A stretch of 47,211 bases of DNA from Gemmatimonadota bacterium (lineage in GTDB: Bacteria > Gemmatimonadota > Gemmatimonadetes > Longimicrobiales > RSA9): positions 2,265 to 49,475 of the forward strand of contig JBBDRO010000028.1 in NCBI GenBank assembly GCA_040905425.1, given 5' to 3'. Made by a program: the position numbers and the translations under genes. The notes under the pieces are model-generated. The model had not been told where the DNA came from. It did not search any database and saw only the letters and a program-made list of their open reading frames with translations. Of the stretch, positions 10,769-18,503 are shown in pieces (positions within the stretch are counted from its first letter, which is position 1; each line of letters opens with the position of its first letter).

Positions 10769-12124
10769 ATGGGGAAGTTCAGTAGGGTGGCTCTTGCCAC
10801 GGCGCTGATGGTGCCCCTGGCAACGGCCCCGGTCTGGGCTCAGCAGTACAAGGCCGATTTCGGCGTCAACGGCGGTGCCTCGTGGTACTCGGCAATGCTC
10901 GGGGGCAGCGAGACCGGCCTGGCTGATGATGCTGCCGGGGAGGATGTCAGGTTCAAGGCGGGCTGGCTCGCGGGCACGCAGCTCACGTTCTGGCTGAAGC
11001 CCAAGCTCGGTCTGCGCGCCAACGGTACGTATTCGGAGCGTCCGATCGACGGTGAGGCGTTCCAGATCGACGACATCAACCTCTGGAGCCTGACGGGCGA
11101 TCTGCTCTTCCGGTTCGCGGAGCCGAATGAGACCTGGAACGGCGCGGAGTTCCTGCCGTACCTGGCGCTCGGTCTGGGCGGCTTCTGGCACAACCCGGGT
11201 GGTGACAACATCACGTGCGTCGACGCCGAGGAGGGGAAGAACTGGTCGTGCACGTACTGGACGCATTCGAACGGCCGCCAGTTCGCGCTCGGCGAGCAGA
11301 AGGTGATTGCCGGTCTGGTGGGTCTGGGCGCCGACTGGCGCATGAGCCCACGCTTCGCGCTGCGCCTGGAAGCCAATGACCGCATCTACAAGCCGCAGGT
11401 CTACGAAGGCGCGCCGCAGCCGGGCACGCCGACCACCTTCAACCTCACGGATGGTGACGCCATCGTGAGCAAGATCGTGCATCAGCTGTCCGGCCAGGTC
11501 GGCCTGCAGATGCTCCTGGGTGTGGACGCTCCGGAGATGGTGGCCGTGCAGCCGCTTCCCCCGCCGCCGCCGGCCGCGCCGCAGCCCGAGCCGGAGCCGC
11601 CCCCGCCGCCCGCGGAAGAGAACATCATGGTCTGCGTCGTGGATCCGATGTCGGGCACGGGTGTGCGCATGCAGCCGGCCATCCGCATGATCCAGAGTGG
11701 TGACACACTGGTGATGCAGGGCGGCCAGCGTGTGGCCCTGCGGACCGCCTTCGGCAACGTGCGGGTAGCCCGCAACGCCGACTGGTACGTGGCCGGCCAG
11801 CCGCTGGTCATGGAGGTCGGGCCGGACCGTGTGGAGTTCATCCCGTACGGCTCCGCCAGGGCGGTGGAGGCCGATCAGCTCACCTTCGTGGGCAACGTGA
11901 ACGGCTATCCGATCTATGTGGAGTCGGATGAGGCGATGGATGTGCGTCAGGCACTGAACTCCCTCCGTGACGCCCGCATGACCGGGGACCTGGGAGAGAT
12001 CCTGGCCGAGGAGCGGGATCTGCACGACGAGATGGCGGACATCCAGTACTGGTATGTGCCGCTCAGCGCAACGGACTGCGTATTCCAGCCGCTGCAGCGT
12101 AGCCTGCCGGTCATCAAGAAGTAG
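10769..12124 (+). CDS. Outer-membrane beta-barrel protein with Pro-rich hinge and uncharacterised C-terminal domain
   Basis: AGGAGG RBS, signal peptide (…APVWA/QQ), amphipathic strands (PYLALGLG, RFALRLEAND), PLPPPPPAAPQPEPEPPPPP linker. Confidence 0.75.
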   Translation: MGKFSRVALATALMVPLATAPVWAQQYKADFGVNGGASWYSAMLGGSETGLADDAAGEDVRFKAGWLAGTQLTFWLKPKLGLRANGTYSERPIDGEAFQIDDINLWSLTGDLLFRFAEPNETWNGAEFLPYLALGLGGFWHNPGGDNITCVDAEEGKNWSCTYWTHSNGRQFALGEQKVIAGLVGLGADWRMSPRFALRLEANDRIYKPQVYEGAPQPGTPTTFNLTDGDAIVSKIVHQLSGQVGLQMLLGVDAPEMVAVQPLPPPPPAAPQPEPEPPPPPAEENIMVCVVDPMSGTGVRMQPAIRMIQSGDTLVMQGGQRVALRTAFGNVRVARNADWYVAGQPLVMEVGPDRVEFIPYGSARAVEADQLTFVGNVNGYPIYVESDEAMDVRQALNSLRDARMTGDLGEILAEERDLHDEMADIQYWYVPLSATDCVFQPLQRSLPVIKK

Positions 12125-12158
12125 CAGTCAGGGCGCCTCAGAGAGGTGCACCGCAGGA

Positions 12159-12194
12159 GCGAGAGAGCCCGGCCACATGGCCGGGCTCTTTCGC
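12159..12194 (+). terminator. Intrinsic terminator
   Basis: AGAGCCCGGCC-acat-GGCCGGGCTCT followed by TT, ~35 bp after the stop codon. Confidence 0.7.
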
Positions 12195-12224
12195 GTTCCG
12201 GCCCCCCGTCGGTACGTTCGGCCC

Positions 12225-13202
12225 ATGCCCGCACTGGAACCCTTCGCGATCCTGCTCGGTCAGCTCCTGGCGGTGGCCTTCGCCTGCGGGTTGAACCTGT
12301 ACGGCACCCTTCTCCTGCTGGGCCTGGCGGCGCGGCTGGGCTGGTTCGGCGGCCTGCCCATGGAGATCCGCGGCCTGGAGAACGGCCTGGTGGTGGGCCT
12401 GGCGGGCGTGCTCTTCATTGTCGAATTCGTGGTGGACAAGATTCCCCAGGTGGACTCCGCCTGGGACGCCGTGCACACGCTGGTGCGGCCGGCGGCGGCG
12501 GCGCTGCTCGCGGCGCTGGCCCTGCAGGGGCTGGGCTGGCCGTGGGCGCTGGGCGGCGCCACGGTGGCGGGCGTGACCGCGTTGGCGGCCCACGGCAGCA
12601 AGGCCGGTCTGCGCCTCCTCCTGAACGCCCAGCCCTGGCGCGGCCGCAACGCCCTGCTGAGCCTGGCCGAGGACGTCCTGGCCCTGGCCCTGGCGGCGGC
12701 GGCGCTGATCTGGCCGGCCGCCGCCATCGCCGTGGCCGGCGGGGCACTGCTCCTGGTGCTGCTGGTGGGGCCGCGCTTCTGGCGCTCCGCCGTGCTCGGC
12801 CTGCGGGGTCTCAACGCCCGTGTGCGGGGTTTCTTCGGGCGCGCCGAGTGGCGCGCGCCGGCCGACCTGCCGCGGCCGCTCCGCAGGCTCGTGCGGGAGT
12901 CCCCGCTCGGCAGCGGCGCCCCGCGCACCGTACGGGCGGCCGTGAAGGGGCTCAAGGGCGTGAGCGCCTACCGCAACGGCTGGCTTGTGATCGAGCCGGA
13001 CGCGCGCGCCTTCCTGTACCGCTCCTGGCGGGGCGTGCGCCGCGCGGAGGTCCCCCTGGCCACCGAGGTGCGCGTGCGGCCCGGGGTGTGGGCGGACGTC
13101 CTGGAGCTCGACGGGGCCGAGGGTGGCTGCCTCATCTTCCTGCTGAAAGACGGCCCGGACCCGGCACTTACGGCCGCTGAGCTGCAGCAGGCGGAGGGGT
13201 AG
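12225..13202 (+). CDS. DUF4126-like membrane protein
   Basis: GLNLY, EFVVDKIPQVDSAWDAVHTLVRP, AHGSKAG, SLAED motifs. ATG at 12225. Confidence 0.8.
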   Translation: MPALEPFAILLGQLLAVAFACGLNLYGTLLLLGLAARLGWFGGLPMEIRGLENGLVVGLAGVLFIVEFVVDKIPQVDSAWDAVHTLVRPAAAALLAALALQGLGWPWALGGATVAGVTALAAHGSKAGLRLLLNAQPWRGRNALLSLAEDVLALALAAAALIWPAAAIAVAGGALLLVLLVGPRFWRSAVLGLRGLNARVRGFFGRAEWRAPADLPRPLRRLVRESPLGSGAPRTVRAAVKGLKGVSAYRNGWLVIEPDARAFLYRSWRGVRRAEVPLATEVRVRPGVWADVLELDGAEGGCLIFLLKDGPDPALTAAELQQAEG

Positions 13203-13217
13203 CGTGGAAGAAAGGGG

Positions 13218-13247
13218 TTTACATGCTTCGAGATTTCCGTTTATATT
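13218..13247 (+). promoter_or_regulatory. Sigma-70-type promoter TTTACA-N18-TATATT
   Basis: Near-consensus hexamers in an AT-rich patch ~150 bp upstream of the sigma gene. Confidence 0.6.
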
Positions 13248-13278
13248 GAGCCGACTGGAACTTCACACCTAGACGGGG

Positions 13279-13386
13279 ATGAGCCGGGTGCGGAACGGTA
13301 CGAACATCATCACACCCAACGCTTTCCCCCGCATTGAAGCAGCGAGCGCCCGCAACCCCCGGCGCTGGCTGCTTTTCCTTTTTTAA
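13279..13386 (+). CDS. Possible 35-aa leader peptide (uORF)
   Basis: ATG..TAA open frame MSRVRNGTNIITPNAFPRIEAASARNPRRWLLFLF spanning the leader hairpin. No clear RBS spacing. Confidence 0.25.
   Translation: MSRVRNGTNIITPNAFPRIEAASARNPRRWLLFLF
13337..13384 (+). terminator. Terminator-like hairpin with U-tract inside the sigma-factor 5' leader
   Basis: AAGCAGCgAGCGCC / GGCGCTgGCTGCTT stem followed by TTCCTTTTTT, ending 14 nt before the ATG. Confidence 0.55.
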
Positions 13387-13398
13387 CGGGATCCTGGT

Positions 13399-14271
13399 AT
13401 GGCTCGATCCATGTTCGTCAGCTCACGCGCCCTCGACTCCTTCGACCAGTACCTCTTCGACGTGGAGAAGTACCCGCTCATTGAGGAGGCCTCCGAGGAG
13501 CGTGAGCTTGCCCGGCGCGCGCGCACGGGTGACAAGGAGGCCGCCGAGCGGCTGGTCACGGCCAATCTCCGCTTCGTCATCTCCTATGTGAAGAAGTACC
13601 AGGGGCGGGGCCTGGGGCTCTCCGAGTTGGTCTGCATCGGCAACGAGGGGCTCCTCAAGGCCGTCAAGAAGTTCGACCCGGACAAGGGCGTCAAATTCAT
13701 CTCCTACGCTGTCTGGTGGATCCGCCAGACGGTGCTGCAGGCGCTGGCGGAACAGACCCGCTCCGTGCGCATCCCGCTCAACCAGAACTCCAATCTGGTC
13801 AAGCTGTCGCGCACGGACACGGCGCTCACCCAGCTCCTCGGCCGCTCACCCACGGACCAGGAGATTGCCGAGGAGATGCAGGAGCCCGTGGAGACCGTGC
13901 GGGCGCTGCGCCGCGTGGCCGCCTCCGAGCTCTCCCTGGACGCCCCGATCGACCGCGGGGACCGGGACAGCGCCTCCTTCGGCGAGCGCTTTGCCGGCGC
14001 CGAGGCGGAGGACATCGAGGAGAACGTGGAGTCGCAGGCCCAGCGGGAGTTCCTGGACCGCATGTTCTCCAAGTACCTGACCGAGCGCGAGCAGAAGATC
14101 CTCTACCTCTACTACGGCCTGGATGACGGTGAGGAGCGCACGCTCGAGGAGATCGGCTCACTGCTGGGCGTGACCCGCGAGCGCATCCGCCAGATTCGCA
14201 ATCGCGCGTTCGAGAAGCTGCGCGAGAGCCCCGACGGTGAGGCGCTGGAGACCTTCTGGAGCGCCCACTGA
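13399..14271 (+). CDS. RNA polymerase sigma-70 family factor (RpoD/RpoS-like, no region 1.1)
   Basis: ANLRFV, GNEGLLKAVKKFDP, KFISYAVWWIRQ, RTLEEIG...VTRERIRQI motifs. 290 aa. Confidence 0.93.
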   Translation: MARSMFVSSRALDSFDQYLFDVEKYPLIEEASEERELARRARTGDKEAAERLVTANLRFVISYVKKYQGRGLGLSELVCIGNEGLLKAVKKFDPDKGVKFISYAVWWIRQTVLQALAEQTRSVRIPLNQNSNLVKLSRTDTALTQLLGRSPTDQEIAEEMQEPVETVRALRRVAASELSLDAPIDRGDRDSASFGERFAGAEAEDIEENVESQAQREFLDRMFSKYLTEREQKILYLYYGLDDGEERTLEEIGSLLGVTRERIRQIRNRAFEKLRESPDGEALETFWSAH

Positions 14272-14296
14272 CGCGCGATCGGCGCCGCGCAGGACA

Positions 14297-14334
14297 CGGA
14301 GAGCCCGCCGGCCACGGCGGGCTCTCCGCATTTC
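14297..14334 (+). terminator. Intrinsic terminator
   Basis: Perfect 14-bp stem CGGAGAGCCCGCCG / CGGCGGGCTCTCCG with a 4-nt loop, then CATTTC. Confidence 0.65.
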
Positions 14335-14356
14335 TACACCCCGGATGTAAGCGACG

Positions 14357-16465
14357 ATGCCCGTGACCTCCCCGGCGCGCCTTCTGGCCGCACTCCTCCT
14401 CTGCCTGCCGTGCGCCGCTCCCGCGGCGCAGGCGGCGGCGCAGGCGCCGGCCGCCTGGAACGGCCCCCGCGCCATGGAGCTGATCGAGCGCGCCCGCATC
14501 CGCCGGGAACAGCCCCGCGCCGACTCCCTGCTGCGCGACTATGCCGCCGAGGCGGGCGGCTGGGTCTACTTCTACCTGGACCGCCGCGACTCCGAGGAGC
14601 GCACGCTGGTCAAGACGGACCAGATCGCGCTGCGGCTCTTCTGGCGCGCCCCCGACCAGACCAAGCAGCAGATCGTGGGCATGCGGGACGAGAGCCAGCT
14701 GCCCAACCGCATGCACTACCACCTGGACCACCTCACCGTGGTGCAGAACGGCTTCGGGGACCGCATCGTGGTGGGCGATGGCGACGAGGTGCGGGACGTG
14801 GTCCACCCGGCCGCGCCGGGCGCCGACTCGGTCTACGACTACCGGCTGGTGGACTCCCTGACCATCCGCCTGCCCGGGCAGGAGGAGGTGCGCGCCTACG
14901 AGGTGCAGGTGCGCCCGAAGCGGGCGGATGCGCCCGCCATCCTCGGCTCGGTGTTCGTGGACCGCGCCACCGCCGACCTGGTGCGCATGACCTTCACCTT
15001 CACGCCGGCCTCCTACGTGGACCGGCGCCTGGACTACATCAACATCTCGCTTGACAACGGCCTCTGGCAGGGCCGCTACTGGCTGCCGCGCGAGCAGACG
15101 GTGGAGATCCGCCGGCAGATCCCCGAGCTGGACTTTGCCGCCGGCGCCGTGATCCGCGGCCGACTGCACGTCACCGGCTACGAGTTCAACCAGGAGCTCC
15201 CGGCCAGCGTCTTCTACGGCTACCCGGTGGCCGCCGTGCCCGAGCTCGAGCGTGAGGCGTACGCATTCGAGGAGGAGCTCTACGCCGATCTGAACCAGCA
15301 CGGGCTGGAGCCGCCGGACCCCTTCGGCACGCTGCGCGAGGACGCGGCCGAGCTGCTCGGCGTCTCTTACCTGAGCGGCCTGCCGCGCCTGCGGCTGAAC
15401 CTCCCGGACGCCTCGAGCGCGCTGCGCTACAACCGCGCCGAGGGGCTGCGGCTGGGGGCCGGCGCCACCTACGCCCTGGGGCCTATCTTCCGGGCGGACC
15501 TCACGTTGGGCTACGCCTTCGGCGCGGAGAAGCCGTCGCTCGACCTGGCGCTGGACGGCCGGGCGGGCGAGCGCGCGCGCATGAGCGCGGCGGGCTACCT
15601 GAACGAATTGCGGGACACCCACGTGCGCCCCGCGCTCTCAGGCGTCATGAACACCCTCTCCGCCGCCGTGCTGGGGGAGGACTACCTGGACCCCTACCTG
15701 GCCAGCGGCGGGCAGCTTGGCTACACCCGGACGCTCGGCGGCCCCTGGGAACGCGCACTCGGTGGACGCTGGGCGGCCACGCTCGGCGTCAGCGCCGAGG
15801 CGCACCGCTCCATGCAGCGGGTGGAAGCGCACGCGCTCCTGGATGACTCCGCCGCCTTCCGGCGCGTCTGGCCGGTGACGGAGGGGACGCTCACGGCCGC
15901 GCACATCCGGTTGGATCGGCCCGCGCCCGTGGCGAGCGGCCTCGTCTGGGAGGCGCACGGTGAGGTGGAGGTGGGGCGCATGGATGAGCACACGTACGGC
16001 CGCCCCACCGGGGAGGGGGCGCTCCACTACCGCACGCCGTCGCGCGCCTTCGACGCGCGCCTGCGGCTCGCGGGCGGCGCGGCCTTCGGGCTCGAGCCCC
16101 TCCAACGGCGCTTCTACCTGGGCGGGCCCAACACGCTGCCCGGCTTCCGCCACCGCGCCTTCTTCGGGGACGCCTTCGCCCTGGCCGACGTGGTAGCGGC
16201 CCGCGACGTCTGGGCCCCGTGGCTGCGCCTGCGCGCCCTGGCCGCCGCGGGCACGACCGGCTGGCTGCCCGACGACCAGCTGGACAGCGAACTGATTCTC
16301 GTACCGGGAGCGCCCGGTCCGACCGACCGGTGGAAGGCCAGCGCCGGCGCCGGTCTGGGCCTCTTCTGGGACATCCTGCGCGTGGACGCCTGGCGGCCGC
16401 TGGAGCGCGGCGGCGAGTGGGTGATCCTGCTCTCGGCGCATCCGGACCTGCACAGCATTTTGTAG
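14357..16465 (+). CDS. Exported/outer-membrane protein (DUF5686-like N-terminal region plus beta-barrel)
   Basis: Signal peptide, HPAAPGADSVYDY, YWLP, RYNRAEG, YLGGPNTLPGF, C-terminal LRVD strand. Confidence 0.6.
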   Translation: MPVTSPARLLAALLLCLPCAAPAAQAAAQAPAAWNGPRAMELIERARIRREQPRADSLLRDYAAEAGGWVYFYLDRRDSEERTLVKTDQIALRLFWRAPDQTKQQIVGMRDESQLPNRMHYHLDHLTVVQNGFGDRIVVGDGDEVRDVVHPAAPGADSVYDYRLVDSLTIRLPGQEEVRAYEVQVRPKRADAPAILGSVFVDRATADLVRMTFTFTPASYVDRRLDYINISLDNGLWQGRYWLPREQTVEIRRQIPELDFAAGAVIRGRLHVTGYEFNQELPASVFYGYPVAAVPELEREAYAFEEELYADLNQHGLEPPDPFGTLREDAAELLGVSYLSGLPRLRLNLPDASSALRYNRAEGLRLGAGATYALGPIFRADLTLGYAFGAEKPSLDLALDGRAGERARMSAAGYLNELRDTHVRPALSGVMNTLSAAVLGEDYLDPYLASGGQLGYTRTLGGPWERALGGRWAATLGVSAEAHRSMQRVEAHALLDDSAAFRRVWPVTEGTLTAAHIRLDRPAPVASGLVWEAHGEVEVGRMDEHTYGRPTGEGALHYRTPSRAFDARLRLAGGAAFGLEPLQRRFYLGGPNTLPGFRHRAFFGDAFALADVVAARDVWAPWLRLRALAAAGTTGWLPDDQLDSELILVPGAPGPTDRWKASAGAGLGLFWDILRVDAWRPLERGGEWVILLSAHPDLHSIL

Positions 16466-16627
16466 GGCGGGCGGCGGCGAGGCGCCTGCCTCCCGGCGCA
16501 TCCAGCCGCCGACCACCTCAACCGCTGGCCGCCATTGGCTGGCGGGGAGGGCGGCCGGCACCTGACCGACCGCCGTCCCCGACGGCACTTCCGGGCGCGT
16601 CAGTCGCGCTGTGTCAGCCGCGCCGCC

Positions 16628-17023
16628 TCAGGCCGGCACCTCCTCCAGCTCCGGCTCCACCCCGTCCGCCGCGTCCACGGCGGCGGCCCGCCCGTTCGGC
16701 GCCCCGAGCATGACCAGCTCGCGCACGTGCACCTCCGCCGTGGGGATGGTCACACCGTTCTTCTCGTAGGAGTCATACTCCATGCGCCCCTCCACGTAGA
16801 TCCGGTCACCCTTGCGGATGTACTCCTCCGCGATCTGCGCCAGGCGGTCCCAGAGCGTGAGGCGGTGCCACTCCGTGCGCTCCTCCTGCTCGCCGTCGCG
16901 CGGGATGCGCCGGCTCGTGGCCATGGAGAAGTGCGCCACCTTGGTGCCGGCGGCGGTGGTCTGGATGTCCGGGTCCCGGCCTACGTTGCCCACCAGGATC
17001 ACCTTGTTGATCGAGCGGCCCAT
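16628..17023 (-). CDS. ssb: Single-stranded DNA-binding protein (short form)
   Basis: SINKVILVGNVGRDP, TEWHR, KGDRIYVEG OB-fold motifs. GGAGG RBS before ATG 17023. Confidence 0.92.
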   Translation of the reverse strand: MGRSINKVILVGNVGRDPDIQTTAAGTKVAHFSMATSRRIPRDGEQEERTEWHRLTLWDRLAQIAEEYIRKGDRIYVEGRMEYDSYEKNGVTIPTAEVHVRELVMLGAPNGRAAAVDAADGVEPELEEVPA

Positions 17024-17236
17024 GCTAGCCTCCAGCGTGTAAGGGAGCCGTCCGGCAGCGTTCGGGAGCGCCGGAAGCGGACGCCAGGCGAAGCACCGGG
17101 ATGTGGCGCCGTCGCCTGACGCACACACAGGATGCGTCCGGTCGTGGGGCAGGTGAATGGCGGGATGGGGCGGAATTCGGGGCGCGGGCGTGGCCGCCGG
17201 GTGGCTGACTTGGTCAGGACTTGAAATGGGTAGCGC

Positions 17237-17281
17237 GTTAACACGTCGTTTAAACGTGTTAAAATACGCGGTATTTTTAAC
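17237..17281. repeat. AT-rich inverted-repeat element just downstream of fic
   Basis: TTAACACGT-N7-ACGTGTTAA overlapping GTTAAAATAC-gcg-GTATTTTTAAC. Shares TGTTAAAATACGC and TTAACACGTC with 18429-18479. Confidence 0.75.
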
Positions 17282-18364
17282 CTATTCAGCGAGAATGCGC
17301 AGGAGATCGGTGTTCAGGTAGTAGATCTCACGGCCGCTCCGCACTGCCGCCAAGAGATTCATCTCAGCCAGGGCCTGAAGGTACTTTGAGGCCGTCTGCC
17401 GCGTAGCCAGGCCGGCCTCCTCGATGAATCGGATCTTTGTATACGGATTTCGAAACACGATCTCGATGAGTTCCCGGGAGTAGATCTTTGGTCGCTCCGA
17501 CCGCACGCGTTCAATCCAATGATCCATGAGGGACCGAATTGCGCGAATCCGGTTCTCCGTGTGCCGGGAAGTGGATTCCACTGCATCCAGGATGTAGAGG
17601 ATCCAGGCTTCCCAGCGGCCCCTCTCAGTCACGGCGCGGAGACCTGCATAGTAGTCCGAACGGCGCTCCAGGATATAGCGGGAGAGATAGAGCACCGGGA
17701 TGTCCAACAGGTTCCGCTCGGTGAGGAAAAGGATGTTCAGAATGCGACCCGTGCGCCCGTTGCCATCGGTGAAGGGGTGGATAGCCTCGAACTGGTAATG
17801 CATCACCGCCAGCCGGACCAGCGGGTCGAGATCGTCCTCCATGTAGAGGTACTTCTCCAGATCCGACAGCAGATCACGCAGCCGTGCCTCCCCCTCGGGT
17901 GGGGTGTAGATCACCTTGCCGGCTGGCGTTGCCAGGCGCGTCCCGGGAACCCGTCGGACCCGCGTCTCCGATCCGCGGATGGTCGAAGCCAGTTCCTCGA
18001 AAAGCCGTGTCGTGAGCGGCCGGTCTTCCTGCCGGATCGCGCGGAAGCCCTGGTCGAGCGCCCGCCCGTAGGCCAGCACTTCCTTCGTGGCCGGATCCGC
18101 CGTCCTTTCGTCGTCCGCCAGCGCCTTGTAGAGCTGATCACTGGTGGTCACGACATTTTCAATCTCGCTGGATAGACGGGCCTCCTGGAGCCCGATGGTG
18201 CAGAGGAGGAGGGCCTGGTCAGGGATCCGTGCGCCTACGCCCTTGAGATCCGCCAGGGCCGTGCGCGCGGCAATCACGCGCTTCAGGACCGCCCTGGTCT
18301 CCAGCTCGACGGGCGGTGGCAGCCGCGGCAGGTCGTTATACGGACGGCTTCGTTCGAACGTCAC
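17282..18364 (-). CDS. Fic-family protein (class II-type AMPylase with C-terminal winged HTH)
   Basis: Catalytic HPFTDGNGRTGR, inhibitory SSEIEN motif, C-terminal ATRQTASKYLQAL helix. Confidence 0.92.
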   Translation of the reverse strand: MTFERSRPYNDLPRLPPPVELETRAVLKRVIAARTALADLKGVGARIPDQALLLCTIGLQEARLSSEIENVVTTSDQLYKALADDERTADPATKEVLAYGRALDQGFRAIRQEDRPLTTRLFEELASTIRGSETRVRRVPGTRLATPAGKVIYTPPEGEARLRDLLSDLEKYLYMEDDLDPLVRLAVMHYQFEAIHPFTDGNGRTGRILNILFLTERNLLDIPVLYLSRYILERRSDYYAGLRAVTERGRWEAWILYILDAVESTSRHTENRIRAIRSLMDHWIERVRSERPKIYSRELIEIVFRNPYTKIRFIEEAGLATRQTASKYLQALAEMNLLAAVRSGREIYYLNTDLLRILAE

Positions 18365-18414
18365 AGCTTGCTCTTTCGCGATCAGGGGCCGGAACGACCC
18401 AGGACGGGCCGATC

Positions 18415-18479
18415 GACATGGTTACACGTGTAACATGTCCGCGCGATATGTTAAAATACGCTACGGATATTAACACGTC
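18415..18479. promoter_or_regulatory. Array of alternating TAACAYGTC-like half-sites including palindrome GTTACACGTGTAAC, upstream of fic
   Basis: GACATGGTTA (18415), TAACATGTC (18431), GATATGTTA (18445), TAACACGTC (18471). Confidence 0.6.
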
Positions 18480-18503
18480 TACTTCAGGTGCGCCTTCTTG
18501 CGG

